From: an uncultured Armatimonadetes bacterium
GTDB lineage: Bacteria; Armatimonadota; Hebobacteria; Hebobacterales; Hebobacteraceae
DNA: 64,000 bases
Assembly: GCA_963716175.1 (NCBI GenBank)
Contig: OY970296.1
Span: 224,001-288,000, forward strand
Direction: 5' to 3'
The translations under genes were made by a program, and so were the position numbers. The notes beneath the pieces are model-generated. The model worked only from the letters and a program-made list of their open reading frames with translations. It was not told where the DNA came from and searched no databases. Every line of letters starts with the position of its first letter. The first letter of the stretch is position 1. This document shows, piece after piece, positions 40,259-50,146 of this stretch.

Positions 40259-42277
40259 TCACATGCGCCCATGCGTCACCAGGGAGATGACGTTCCACAG
40301 GGACCGGTTCAGCACATCGCCGACGATCAAGCCAATAGCGATCGGCAAGGTCTGCTGATACAGCCGCAGGCCGCCGTATCTCAGCACGAGGGACTTGGCC
40401 AGCCAGGCGATGACGAAAGGCGACTGGCCCCGACCCTCGTCTGTCAGCACGCTAAGGCCAAGTATGTAGCCCACGGGGTGGAAGGGCCACCACAGGAACC
40501 GGAGCCGCATCACGGCGATGAAGACAAGGACCAGGGCTCCCACTCCCCACCATGCCAACCCGTCCCAGGCAGGGCCGCTTGGGTTTGTGATACGGTCGAA
40601 GATTCCCTCTCCCGCGGCCAGGAAATACCAGCCGGGGAAGGCGCCGGCGCTCCCGGCCCGCGTCGCGTTGAATCCGATCCGATACAGCGCATGCAGCATG
40701 TAGACGCTCCCGGCTCCCAGCGCGACCAGGAAGCCCACGAACAGCAGGCGGGTAAGCCGGCGCAAGGGCACCCCGGCCGCATCTCCGATCTTGAACGAGG
40801 TAACGGCGTTCATGCTGCAGACGCTGATGACTTGGCTGGGGAAGGGAGTGTACGCCCAGCCCGTGGTGAAGAGCGCGATGATCTCTCGCGGTCGCAGCCA
40901 TTGCGAGCCTGTGGGCATCACCGCGATCTCCTGGACATACTCGGTGGTCGGGTCGAAGGCGGTTTCAGCGCAGATGCGCGCGTAGGCGAAACCAGCCCCC
41001 ACGATCAGTGCGACATATGGGATGGCGAACAGCGGACGACATCCGGCCAGCACCAGAAACACCACCATCCAGGAGAAGGCCAACGGCAAGATGGCCAGGG
41101 CCCACCGGTAGGCGAGGGGCTCATCCGCATCGCCCCCGCGCGGTCGCCCCGTGAAGGCGATGCGCAGGGCGCGCACCAGGTGTCTGCGCGCGCTCCACAG
41201 CACCCAGGCCGACAGCACGATCACCGCCCCGGTCACCTGGTCGAATGGGGCCGGGAACTCATGGCTCCACCAGTCGTCCGCGGGGCCAGGCCAGCCTCCC
41301 CGGACGATGGCGACCATGGTCAGGCCGACCTTCGCCAGCCAGAAGAACCAGACCGAGAAGGAGAGCTCTTTCGGGACGATGTAGGCCAGCGCGATGAGCC
41401 AGGGAATCAGCAGGACCTCGAGCTGTCCGAAAGCGGCGAGCGGCCCGACCTCCTGCCTCGGCATGACAACGACCGACGACGGCAGCGAGGGCACCACCGG
41501 TAGCCGCCTCGAGAGGTTCGCCAGGAAGCTGACCAGGCCGGCCACCACGAGGCCGGCCCAGAAAAGCCGGTTTCGGGTAAGCCGGCCCGCTTCACCTTCG
41601 CCGGTCTTCTCAACCATGTGCAGCGGGATCTCGGCAAGCGGGAACGTCAGTCGCTCGTTCCTGACCCACTGCTTCTGAACCAGTGCCAGGAGGCAGGTCC
41701 TGGCGGCGAAGAGGCCGATCATGAACGAACCCCAGGCCGCCAGCGGGAGCGCCCACTCCGCCCAGGGAACTGCCGCTCTGCCCATGAAGTAGTCTACGAT
41801 CGCTGATGGAGACGACGGGGCGAACCATGTGGGCACCAGGGGCAGGAATGTCTGCCAGGTCTCCAGCGCGCGGCCGAAGTAGTGGTAGCCGACCACGATG
41901 GAAAGGACGAAGAAGAGGACGCCCGACCCCAGCAGCGGAGTTGCCACGAGCACCGCGGCGTGCACTGTCAGAAGCTCGCGCCGCGTCAGCCCGATCCTGC
42001 GCAGTGCTGGCAGCGACATGACCGCAGTGGCCAGGAAGAGGACCGTCAGCGGCCAGGCGGCAGGCGCGTCGGTTGACCAGATCCCGGTCCTGGCGACGTC
42101 CCCCGCATACCTGATGCCCCACATCACCTCGCCATAGAAGATGGCCGGGACGCTCAGGACAATGATGGCGAGGGAGATCGCCACCGCGCGCCAGGTAACG
42201 CCACCAGCCCCGTCTGGTGCTGGGAGGGGCCGCTCGTTCCCCCCGTACGCTTCCGTTGTGGTCCGCGTTGCGCCCAC
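40259..42277 (-). CDS. DUF6785/DUF6784-like polytopic membrane protein, copy 2
   Basis: GVTWRA, RELL, QWVRNERLTFP, PKELSFSVWFFW, AET, WWPFHPVGY, RYGGLRLY. Confidence 0.82.
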   Translation of the reverse strand: MGATRTTTEAYGGNERPLPAPDGAGGVTWRAVAISLAIIVLSVPAIFYGEVMWGIRYAGDVARTGIWSTDAPAAWPLTVLFLATAVMSLPALRRIGLTRRELLTVHAAVLVATPLLGSGVLFFVLSIVVGYHYFGRALETWQTFLPLVPTWFAPSSPSAIVDYFMGRAAVPWAEWALPLAAWGSFMIGLFAARTCLLALVQKQWVRNERLTFPLAEIPLHMVEKTGEGEAGRLTRNRLFWAGLVVAGLVSFLANLSRRLPVVPSLPSSVVVMPRQEVGPLAAFGQLEVLLIPWLIALAYIVPKELSFSVWFFWLAKVGLTMVAIVRGGWPGPADDWWSHEFPAPFDQVTGAVIVLSAWVLWSARRHLVRALRIAFTGRPRGGDADEPLAYRWALAILPLAFSWMVVFLVLAGCRPLFAIPYVALIVGAGFAYARICAETAFDPTTEYVQEIAVMPTGSQWLRPREIIALFTTGWAYTPFPSQVISVCSMNAVTSFKIGDAAGVPLRRLTRLLFVGFLVALGAGSVYMLHALYRIGFNATRAGSAGAFPGWYFLAAGEGIFDRITNPSGPAWDGLAWWGVGALVLVFIAVMRLRFLWWPFHPVGYILGLSVLTDEGRGQSPFVIAWLAKSLVLRYGGLRLYQQTLPIAIGLIVGDVLNRSLWNVISLVTHGRM

Positions 42278-42318
42278 GAGACTCCTCCGGAGAGCCGCCG
42301 CCGGCGGCGGGCGCAGGA

Positions 42319-42350
42319 GGGGCGGAGCACCGAGTCCGGCGCTCCGCCCT
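42319..42350 (-). promoter_or_regulatory. Conserved hairpin downstream of pilin-like gene 3
   Basis: mRNA GGGCGGAGCGCCG-GACU-CGGUGCUCCGCCC. Confidence 0.75.
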
Positions 42351-42395
42351 TAGCAGCACGTCATTGATCCGCTCTGCAAAGACAGTCCGGCCAGT

Positions 42396-43457
42396 CTACC
42401 AGAGGGTGGGGTACTGCACCCCAGTCGCCGCTTTCACGCATTGGGAATTGGCCGGGTAGTCCCTCCACCAGAGTCCCAACGGGTCGTGGATGTGTCCTTC
42501 TGCGGCGCACGCCGCGAGAAGGGCCTCCGAGTTCCACCAGGCAGCATGACCGTCGAGGAATCCGATGTTCACACCTCCGAGGTGACGGGCGAAGGGCCTC
42601 CGCAAGTTCACATCCGTGACCATGGCCGGATAGGCGAATATCGGCGTACAGCCTGAGGCCAGATCCTCGGCACAGTCGCTCCAGTCCCACCAGCCATCAG
42701 CCCCGTCTTCGATGACGTCACAGTAGGCGCACTCCAGGGCGCAGATGTCCGGGTAGGCGGTGTTGCCAGGCTTCATGTCACCCTGCTCGATACAACTGTC
42801 GCCGCAGACCACCCATTTCGCGGCATCCTGTACCGAGGATGGCTTCACGTCCATGCCGACTGCCTCGTTGCACTGTATGCTGGCCACGAATGCGTTCTGT
42901 CCAGGCTGGATACCGACCCCGAAGGTGCCCGCGTACATGCTCCGCTGTATGAGGCTGTCGGTGAGAGCGCCCCCCCATCCGTTCGGGTAGGTGACGTACG
43001 GACAGAGGAACGGATCGGAGTCTCCGCCCCACGCGCCCTCGCTCGCCGTCAGTTCGCCGAACCAGTCCTGGGAACCGAAGATGAAGGCCGGCGCCGCCTC
43101 CATCTTGGCGCTGGGGCATCGCCATATGTCTCGGTTCTTGGTGTATTCGTCCAGGATCACCGGCCACCGCAGGTAAGGATTGGCCACCGAGGGCATCTCC
43201 CAGCACGACTCGCCCCCTATGGCATCGAAGTAGGCTTGCACGTCAGGTCTGTGCTCACGGGGGGGCAGCCTATCGTAGTCGGTCAGGTACATCTGGATCG
43301 CAGTTGTGATGTTCTTAACATTGGCGAGGCACTGGATCTTGCGGGCGGATTCCCGCGCCCGCGCGAAGACCGGGAACAGCATCGCGGCCAGGATCGCAAT
43401 GATCGCGATCACCACCAACAGCTCGATCAGCGTGAATCCTCGTCTTCGGATACCCAT
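42396..43457 (-). CDS. Prepilin-type N-terminal/H-X9-DG domain protein (DUF1559-like), copy 3
   Basis: [25 protein letters not shown]; RHLGGVNIGFLDGHA; GAGGAGG RBS. Confidence 0.92.
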   Translation of the reverse strand: MGIRRRGFTLIELLVVIAIIAILAAMLFPVFARARESARKIQCLANVKNITTAIQMYLTDYDRLPPREHRPDVQAYFDAIGGESCWEMPSVANPYLRWPVILDEYTKNRDIWRCPSAKMEAAPAFIFGSQDWFGELTASEGAWGGDSDPFLCPYVTYPNGWGGALTDSLIQRSMYAGTFGVGIQPGQNAFVASIQCNEAVGMDVKPSSVQDAAKWVVCGDSCIEQGDMKPGNTAYPDICALECAYCDVIEDGADGWWDWSDCAEDLASGCTPIFAYPAMVTDVNLRRPFARHLGGVNIGFLDGHAAWWNSEALLAACAAEGHIHDPLGLWWRDYPANSQCVKAATGVQYPTLW

Positions 43458-43909
43458 GGAGGTACGCCTCCTCAAAGGCTGGAGCCCGCCCTGTCAGTCG
43501 GGTGTCGGCTCGGGTCCCGCGGTCGCTCCCCGGGAGACCGAGCGACCCGTAGTCTTCACCCTATCGGATGCGCTCGGCATCGGTTCCAACCACCTGTAGT
43601 CTAGTCGGATCCCCGGTGAGAGGGAATCGTCTATCCCTCTGAATACTTGACGGATCCTTCTGCGTCGGAGAGGATGCCAGGGCAGGTGCGGAACCCTCCC
43701 CCCGAGACCTATCGGGTTCCAGCAGCAGGGTCAGCAGTCCGCTAGGAACAGCGCCCGGATGTCTCGGCGGGCCCTCTGGACACGTCTCCCGCCGGACGCT
43801 GACATCGCGCCCATCCTATCGTCGGTGTGAGGGGCCACATCAGGTCAAATGAGGGCGCCACGTTGGCCCGAGAATCCGCGGCACCATGGCCCCTGTCTCC
43901 ACCCTGCGG

Positions 43910-44932
43910 CTATGACGAGACGTCCACGAACACCTTCACGCTTTGCTCGCGATGCTCGTCTATGAACTGGTAGGCGGCGGAGTACTGCTCGAATGGGAAG
44001 TGCTCGCCCTCCAGCGGGGAAGTGACCACGTCCCCCGATGCCATCAGCGCCACTGCTCGCTGGTAGTCCTGGTAACGGTACATGAGGGTGCCGATGAGCA
44101 TCAGCTCGCGATCCTGAACCAACCCCATGGCGATGCGCGGCTTCTCGCCAAAGACTCCCACCACCACGATCGTCCCGCCCTTGGCGATACTGTCAATGGC
44201 CGCGGAGAGGGTGGCTTCGATCCCAACGCACTCCAGCGCGATGTCGAAACCGTCCTTTCCGAAGACGCGGGCGGCTGCCGCCGCGAGTTGCTCGTGCTTG
44301 GCGTTGGAGGTATGCGGCAGGCGGCACTGCCGCGCGACGCCCAGGCGGAAGTCACTCAGGTCAGTCACCAGCACTTTGGCTCCGCCGGCGCGAGCGACTT
44401 GGGCGACGAGATTGCCGATCGGCCCAGCTCCGAGAACAACGACGTTCCTGCCCGACACCTCGCCGGCCCGGGATATCGCGTGGACCGCCACGGCCGTCGG
44501 CTCCACCATGGCCCCCTGCTCGAACGTGAATTCGTCGGGCAACCTGAGCGTCTGCCGAGCTGAAGTGACGAACAGGTCCTGAGCGCAGCCCGGCGCCTGG
44601 AATCCCTGGACCTTGAGGGAATCACAGATGTGGTAGTCGCCTCGGAGGCACGGCCGGCATCTGCCACACACGATCTGCGGCGTGGCGGTGACCTTGTCAC
44701 CCGGCCGGAAGCCAACGACGCCTTCCCCTACCGCCTCCACCACCCCCGAGAACTCGTGCCCCTGCACCACGGGGTAAGGGGTGAAGGGATGAAGCCCATG
44801 ATTCACGTGCAGGTCTGAGCCGCAGATCCCGATCCGCTTGACCCGGATCAGGACCTGACCGGCTCCCGGGCGCGGCTCCGGCACTTCGCGGAATTCGATG
44901 ACGCCGGGCGAGACCATGACTGCCTGTCTCAT
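43910..44932 (-). CDS. Zinc-binding alcohol/sugar dehydrogenase (MDR family)
   Basis: GICGSD, GHE, CGRCRPC...C, GAGPIG. Confidence 0.92.
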   Translation of the reverse strand: MRQAVMVSPGVIEFREVPEPRPGAGQVLIRVKRIGICGSDLHVNHGLHPFTPYPVVQGHEFSGVVEAVGEGVVGFRPGDKVTATPQIVCGRCRPCLRGDYHICDSLKVQGFQAPGCAQDLFVTSARQTLRLPDEFTFEQGAMVEPTAVAVHAISRAGEVSGRNVVVLGAGPIGNLVAQVARAGGAKVLVTDLSDFRLGVARQCRLPHTSNAKHEQLAAAAARVFGKDGFDIALECVGIEATLSAAIDSIAKGGTIVVVGVFGEKPRIAMGLVQDRELMLIGTLMYRYQDYQRAVALMASGDVVTSPLEGEHFPFEQYSAAYQFIDEHREQSVKVFVDVSS

Positions 44933-44978
44933 TGAGGCTGCGCTCCCTAGCTCGCGGCTCGCGGAATCCGCCCCTGAG

Positions 44979-45873
44979 TCACGCGGCTGTGGTGCCGCGA
45001 TACAGAGGGTTGCTCATCTCGCCCCGTGGGTCCGACAGGTTGGATTCGCCTGCCACGAGCCGGCGGTGGTAATCACGCGGCGCGCAACCCACGTGCTTCC
45101 GGAAGAGGCGGCTGAAATGGCAGACGCTTCCGAACCCCGATCGGTTCGCCGCGTCCCCCACTGAGATTCCCCCATCGGTCAGCAGCGCCCGCGCCCGATG
45201 CAGGCGCGTGGATCAGGTCCTCCATGGGGCTGACTCCGAGTAGCTTCGCGTATAGCACCGCGAAGCGCGACGGGCTCAAGTGGGCCAGCCCCGCCATCTC
45301 CGCCACCCGCCACGGCTTCTGCATCCGTTCATGGACATGCATCCGGAGATTCCGGAACTCGTCCACTCGGGTCGCTTCTGCTGGCGTTAGCTCCCCAGGG
45401 GTCTGCTGGACCAGTTGGCGGCCCAGTTGTAGGAAGAGGCCTTGGATCATAAGGCCGACCGACTCGAGCCATAGCGGCTCCCGGCGTCGCCGTTCGCGGT
45501 TGATCGCCTCGAAGATGGGGGTCACGAATTCCGTCCCGCGCGGCCGCATGATCGCGTTCAGCGGAATCTGGTAGCGCTGAATCACCTCGGGCATCGCCGG
45601 CCCATCCATGTGCAGCCAATCATCTATGAATCCGGCATCCCTGCCACGGTACCATTGGGGGAAGGATGGATCATAGAGCAGGCAATCTCCTGGCTCCGCA
45701 GGAACCACCCCCTCTGTCGTCTGGACACTCATCGGCGAGTGGAAGCAGACGAACAGGTACATGCCCAACCCGTAGGGGCGCTCTACCGTGTAGCCGGGAC
45801 CATGTGACCAGCGAACTCCCAGGTCCACCGCCATCAATGCGCTCGGCAGGCGATCCTGCACCGCGCTCGTCAT
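44979..45873 (-). CDS. AraC family transcriptional regulator, frameshifted near 45205
   Basis: AraC-binding N-domain, first HTH LSPSRF; second HTH (GFGSVCHFSRLFRKHVGCAP) lies in another frame after an apparent GC dinucleotide loss. Confidence 0.85.
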
Positions 45874-46105
45874 GGGGCGCCTCCGCGCATCGGTTGTGCC
45901 AGTACCGGATCATCTTGCCTGACGCAGAGGAATGCGTCAAGTATGAGCAAGGCTCGACCTCCACCACAACACTGTCGGGCATGGTAGGACCTCCAACGCG
46001 GGGAGTGGCGATCCCGTTCGGCCTCAGGCGGCGCCGTGCCTGCAGGCGATGAGACCCACAGCAGGAATCTGGGGTACCGCTGTACCTGTATGATGGAGGT
46101 TCAGG

Positions 46106-48289
46106 ATGGACGGAACTCACGCCCAATTCGTCGTCGCCACGGACGGCGATGACGCCAATCCAGGGACCGAGGCGCAGCCGCTTGCCTCCCTGCACGGAGC
46201 ACGCGAGGCCGTTCGGGCGCTGCTGAAGCGCCAGCGGAAACCCATCACCGTGCTGGTCCGCGAGGGGACCTACTACCTCCGCGAGCCTCTAGTGTTCGGC
46301 CCAGAGGATTCGGGGTCACCCGAGGCGCCGATCACGTACGTCGCGTTTCCCGAGGGATCGGTCACCATCAGCGGTGGACGGAAGCTCGACTGCCGGTGGC
46401 GGCCCTTCCGAGACGGCATCATGAGCTGTGAGCTGCCTGACGTGCAAGCCGGAGAGCTGAGCTTCACGCAGTTGTTCGTCAACGGCAAGCGACAGATCCG
46501 GGCGCGGTATCCGGACCACGACCCGTCCCTACCAGGAGTGAGTGGCTACCTCCAGGCCGCCGGAGCGCTCTCCGACGATGTGCCAGACCCCTGTCCGGGC
46601 CCCAATGATGACATGACCTTTTCCGGCGGCCCTCCCCGCGGCATCCTCTTCGATCCGGCCACGTTCACGAAGAGGCGCTGGAGCAGACCCGAGGAGGCAG
46701 TCATCCACAGCTACCAGGCCAGCCACTGGGGGAATCTGCAGTGGCGAGTCAAAGCGCTCGACTACGACAGCAACATCATCTGGTTCGGCCACGGCGGGCA
46801 GCAGATAGGCGCGAAATGGTTCAACCAGCCCTGTGATGTCAGTCAGAGGTCACGGTTCTATCTTGAGAACGTCTTCGAGGAGCTGGACGCGCCTGGCGAG
46901 TGGTACCTGGATCAGCGACAGGGGGCCTTCTATTACCTGCCCCCCGCAGACGTGGAGGTGCGAACGGCCGCCGTGGAAGTGCCGGTACTGCCGCAGTTGC
47001 TGCGTTTCCTGGGAACGCAGCAGGAGCCCGTTCACGATATCGCGTTCCGCGGTTTTCGGTTCGCCCACACCGCCTCAACATTCCTGGAGGAGTACTCAGT
47101 GCCGTCGCTGAGCGACTGGGCGATCCACCGCGGCGGAGCCGTGTTCCTGCAAGGCGCGCATGATTGCAGGATCGAGAACTGCTGGTTCGATGCGGTGGGT
47201 GGCAACGCGGTCTTCGTCAATAACCACAACCGCGGCCTGGTGGTAACCGGCTGCAAGTTCACCTCGACCGGGGACAGCGCGGTGTGTTTCGTTGGCTCTC
47301 TGGAGCTGACGAACGGGACGCAGCGGAGCTTCCCCTATGAATGTCGGGCCACGAACAATCTCATTCATGACTGCGGAGTCTTCGGCAAGCAGATTGCCGC
47401 GGTCTACATCTCACGAGCCAAGCGCATCACCGCGGGACACAATCTTATATACAACATGCCCCGCGCGGGGATCTGTATCGGGGACGGGACCTGGGGCGGC
47501 CACATCATCGAGTACAACCACATCCACGACACCTGCCGGGAGACGGGGGATCACGGCCCGTTCAACGCCTGGGGCCGCGACCGGTACTGGTGCTTGGTGC
47601 AATCCCATACCGAACCCCTCAAGGAGCGAAGCCACTACGCTGGTGAAGTGCTGATCGACGCCATGGAGCCGGTGATCGTCCGCCACAACTTCTTCCAGGA
47701 GAGAGCGGGGTGGGGGCTGGACCTGGATGACGGCGCCTCGAACTACGAGATCTACAACAACCTGTGCGTCGGCGTCAGTGTGAAACTGCGGGAGGGCGCA
47801 TATCGCACTATCCACAACAACATCTGGGTGAACGGGGCCAACTCGCCGTGCTTCCACGTCGGCAACGAGGACAACCACGACCGTTGCCTCCGCAACATCA
47901 CTGTGATGAGAGCAGCCGACATGCATCCCGAGCACGATCTGAACTTCGAGATGGGAAAGGGCTACGGCGAAATCTACACCCTGATCGCTCCACCGGCGCG
48001 GGGACCGTGGCTGGAGGAGATTGACTACAACTGCTTCTACAGCGATCTGGGTGAATTCGTGGCCCGTGTCAGGCTGCGCGAGGGGGAGCGACGTAAGTAC
48101 TCCTTGGAGGAATGGCGCCAGTTGGGGTTCGACCTCCACTCGGTGTTCGCCGATCCCATGTTCGTCGCTCCTGAGAGGAACGACTATCGCGTGAAGCCCG
48201 GCTCGCCGGCGCTGAAGCTGGGGTTCGAGAACTTCGAGATGGGGAAGTGGGGCTTGACGGGCCAGTTCCCGGAGGTCTGGCGCGACTGA
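46106..48289 (+). CDS. Right-handed parallel beta-helix protein (GH141-like putative glycosidase)
   Basis: V...G.D.NPGT...P, RARYP, EN..EELDAPGEW, N.IHD repeats, D.DDG.S; no obvious signal peptide. Confidence 0.8.
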   Translation: MDGTHAQFVVATDGDDANPGTEAQPLASLHGAREAVRALLKRQRKPITVLVREGTYYLREPLVFGPEDSGSPEAPITYVAFPEGSVTISGGRKLDCRWRPFRDGIMSCELPDVQAGELSFTQLFVNGKRQIRARYPDHDPSLPGVSGYLQAAGALSDDVPDPCPGPNDDMTFSGGPPRGILFDPATFTKRRWSRPEEAVIHSYQASHWGNLQWRVKALDYDSNIIWFGHGGQQIGAKWFNQPCDVSQRSRFYLENVFEELDAPGEWYLDQRQGAFYYLPPADVEVRTAAVEVPVLPQLLRFLGTQQEPVHDIAFRGFRFAHTASTFLEEYSVPSLSDWAIHRGGAVFLQGAHDCRIENCWFDAVGGNAVFVNNHNRGLVVTGCKFTSTGDSAVCFVGSLELTNGTQRSFPYECRATNNLIHDCGVFGKQIAAVYISRAKRITAGHNLIYNMPRAGICIGDGTWGGHIIEYNHIHDTCRETGDHGPFNAWGRDRYWCLVQSHTEPLKERSHYAGEVLIDAMEPVIVRHNFFQERAGWGLDLDDGASNYEIYNNLCVGVSVKLREGAYRTIHNNIWVNGANSPCFHVGNEDNHDRCLRNITVMRAADMHPEHDLNFEMGKGYGEIYTLIAPPARGPWLEEIDYNCFYSDLGEFVARVRLREGERRKYSLEEWRQLGFDLHSVFADPMFVAPERNDYRVKPGSPALKLGFENFEMGKWGLTGQFPEVWRD

Positions 48290-48467
48290 AGCGATCTGTC
48301 CGCACCAGCAGGATGGGGCCGGCCGCTAATGTCCAGCGTGAATAGGATTCGGTGGCGCACTGTCCGAGGTCATGTCTGGACGCCAGCCGGTCTAGCAGTA
48401 GGCGAACTGCGCCAGCACCACCTCGGGGTCCGTGTTGGCTGGTCAAACATGTGACTTCCCCCCGCTC

Positions 48468-49334
48468 CTATTCCGTCCATGCTCTCGCCACGAAGATCCC
48501 CAGCTCCCGCCGGTCCCCCTTGAAGCCGTGCTCCTCTGGCACCCAGGTGCCATCCAGCCCAACCTCGACCTTCACCGGCGCGTCGGTCTCCAGGGTGACC
48601 GGGATGCTGATGGTCTTGAGCTGACTCGAGTCCAGCTGGAACTCTCCCACCTCTGCCCCGTTGACCCACACCCGCCCCCGCACCGGCCGCTCGCGAATAT
48701 CGCCCCGGTGACAGGAAGCCGCCAGGCCGATCGCCTTCGCCGGCCCCCGCAGCACGAAGCCGAACTCCCCCTTGGTCCAGCGCATGGGCCGGCCGCCTGC
48801 GTCCTCTACGTGATACCATCCTTGCAGCAGGTATTTCTCATCCCGCATATCCAGTGCCCGCGGCGCTTCCGGATAAAGGGCCGCGATCACGGAGGCGAGA
48901 TCAGAGACTCCCTCTGCGCGCCGAAAAGAAACCTGAGGGCGCAAGTGGGCGGCCCCGATGAAGTGGTAGTCGCTCCGCGGCAGCACCTGGAAGGAAAGCA
49001 TCGCGTCCGCCCAGTCAAAACAGCGGTACAGGTGCACGTCCTCGGTGTGCACCGCCACTGTCACAGTGTACTGCCCGGGGCCAATGTCCATGTCCAAGGC
49101 CCACCTCACCTCCAGCTCGTCGCCCGCGCCAAAGGCTCCGGTCTCCCGGCCCAGGCCATAGGTGTTGGTGCCCCATATGTCGTTTCCCAGCCGGTCCCGT
49201 ATCAGAATGCCAACGGTTGGGTTCTCGATATCGCTGAGGAAAGCGATGCGCATGGTTAGCACCGCAGCCTGTCCCGCGACCAGGGCTTTCACCTCGCTGC
49301 CGGCCTCGTCCAAGAGGCGCATCTCCGTTACCAC
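48468..49334 (-). CDS. Wzt C-terminal carbohydrate-binding domain plus an extra GW..E..RWT domain (frameshifted C-part of 49328..50146)
   Basis: P.VG..I.D..G...GTN, G.Y....A.H; GWYHVE...RWT...D.R.LG. Confidence 0.75.
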   Translation of the reverse strand: MVTEMRLLDEAGSEVKALVAGQAAVLTMRIAFLSDIENPTVGILIRDRLGNDIWGTNTYGLGRETGAFGAGDELEVRWALDMDIGPGQYTVTVAVHTEDVHLYRCFDWADAMLSFQVLPRSDYHFIGAAHLRPQVSFRRAEGVSDLASVIAALYPEAPRALDMRDEKYLLQGWYHVEDAGGRPMRWTKGEFGFVLRGPAKAIGLAASCHRGDIRERPVRGRVWVNGAEVGEFQLDSSQLKTISIPVTLETDAPVKVEVGLDGTWVPEEHGFKGDRRELGIFVARAWTE

Positions 49335-50146
49335 CGCCTCGAAGGTGCCAGCCCGTTGTCCAACGCCCGACCCCCTGGCCGGCCGCGAATGGTGAGGAAG
49401 CCGGCCTCCCCGTGTTCCCTCGCGATCAGAGCGTTGTAGTAGTCGAGCACATCATCCGGGGCGCCGCGGTCCACGATCTCGCCCTGGTGCACCAGCACGG
49501 CGTCATCGCAAAGGGTCTTGACGGCGGCCGGGTCATGCGAGACGAAGAGGATAGTGGCTCCTCGCTCCCTGAAATCCCTGATGCGGCGCACGCATTTCTG
49601 CTGGAAGTGCGCATCCCCTACCGCGAAGATCTCGTCAATCACCAGCACGTCCGGGTCGAGGCTGGCCGCAATCGAGAACCCCAGCCGCATGTACATGCCA
49701 GACGAATAGGTCCTCACCGGCTGATCTATGAAAGCGCCCAGCTCGCTGAAGGAGATGATCTCTCCCACCCGCGCCTGGATCTCGGCCTCGCTGAAGCCCA
49801 ATAGCCGCCCGTTGAGGAAGATGTTCTGACGACCCGTGAACTCCGGATGAAACCCGGTGCCCAGCTCCAACAGCGCCGTCACCCGCCCCTCCACCACTAC
49901 CTCACCTTCGGTCGGGTAGGCGACGCCGCTGAGGATCTTGAGCAGGGTAGACTTCCCCGCTCCATTCGGCCCCACCACCCCCAGCGCCGTCCCCCTTGGC
50001 ACCTCCAGGTTGATGTCTCGCAGCGCCCAGAAATCGCGGTGGCAACTGCGGCCCGTAAGCCACTCCACCAGTCGCCGCCAGGAGCTGTCGTAGAGCCGGT
50101 ACCTCTTGGACAGATGTCTGATGCTGACCATGGGCTCAGATCTCAT
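49328..50146 (-). CDS. wzt: Polysaccharide ABC exporter ATP-binding subunit (Wzt/TagH type)
   Basis: GPNGAGKSTLL, GFHPEFTGR.N, YSSGM, IDE..AVGD..F..K. Confidence 0.9.
   Translation of the reverse strand: MRSEPMVSIRHLSKRYRLYDSSWRRLVEWLTGRSCHRDFWALRDINLEVPRGTALGVVGPNGAGKSTLLKILSGVAYPTEGEVVVEGRVTALLELGTGFHPEFTGRQNIFLNGRLLGFSEAEIQARVGEIISFSELGAFIDQPVRTYSSGMYMRLGFSIAASLDPDVLVIDEIFAVGDAHFQQKCVRRIRDFRERGATILFVSHDPAAVKTLCDDAVLVHQGEIVDRGAPDDVLDYYNALIAREHGEAGFLTIRGRPGGRALDNGLAPSRRW

Noticed and set aside
38661-41503. Long antisense ORFs (454 aa and 448 aa; likewise 10051..11406, 22987..24294, 32915..34945, 56226..57458)
   Set aside because: Shadow frames of real genes in high-GC DNA, with no family motifs
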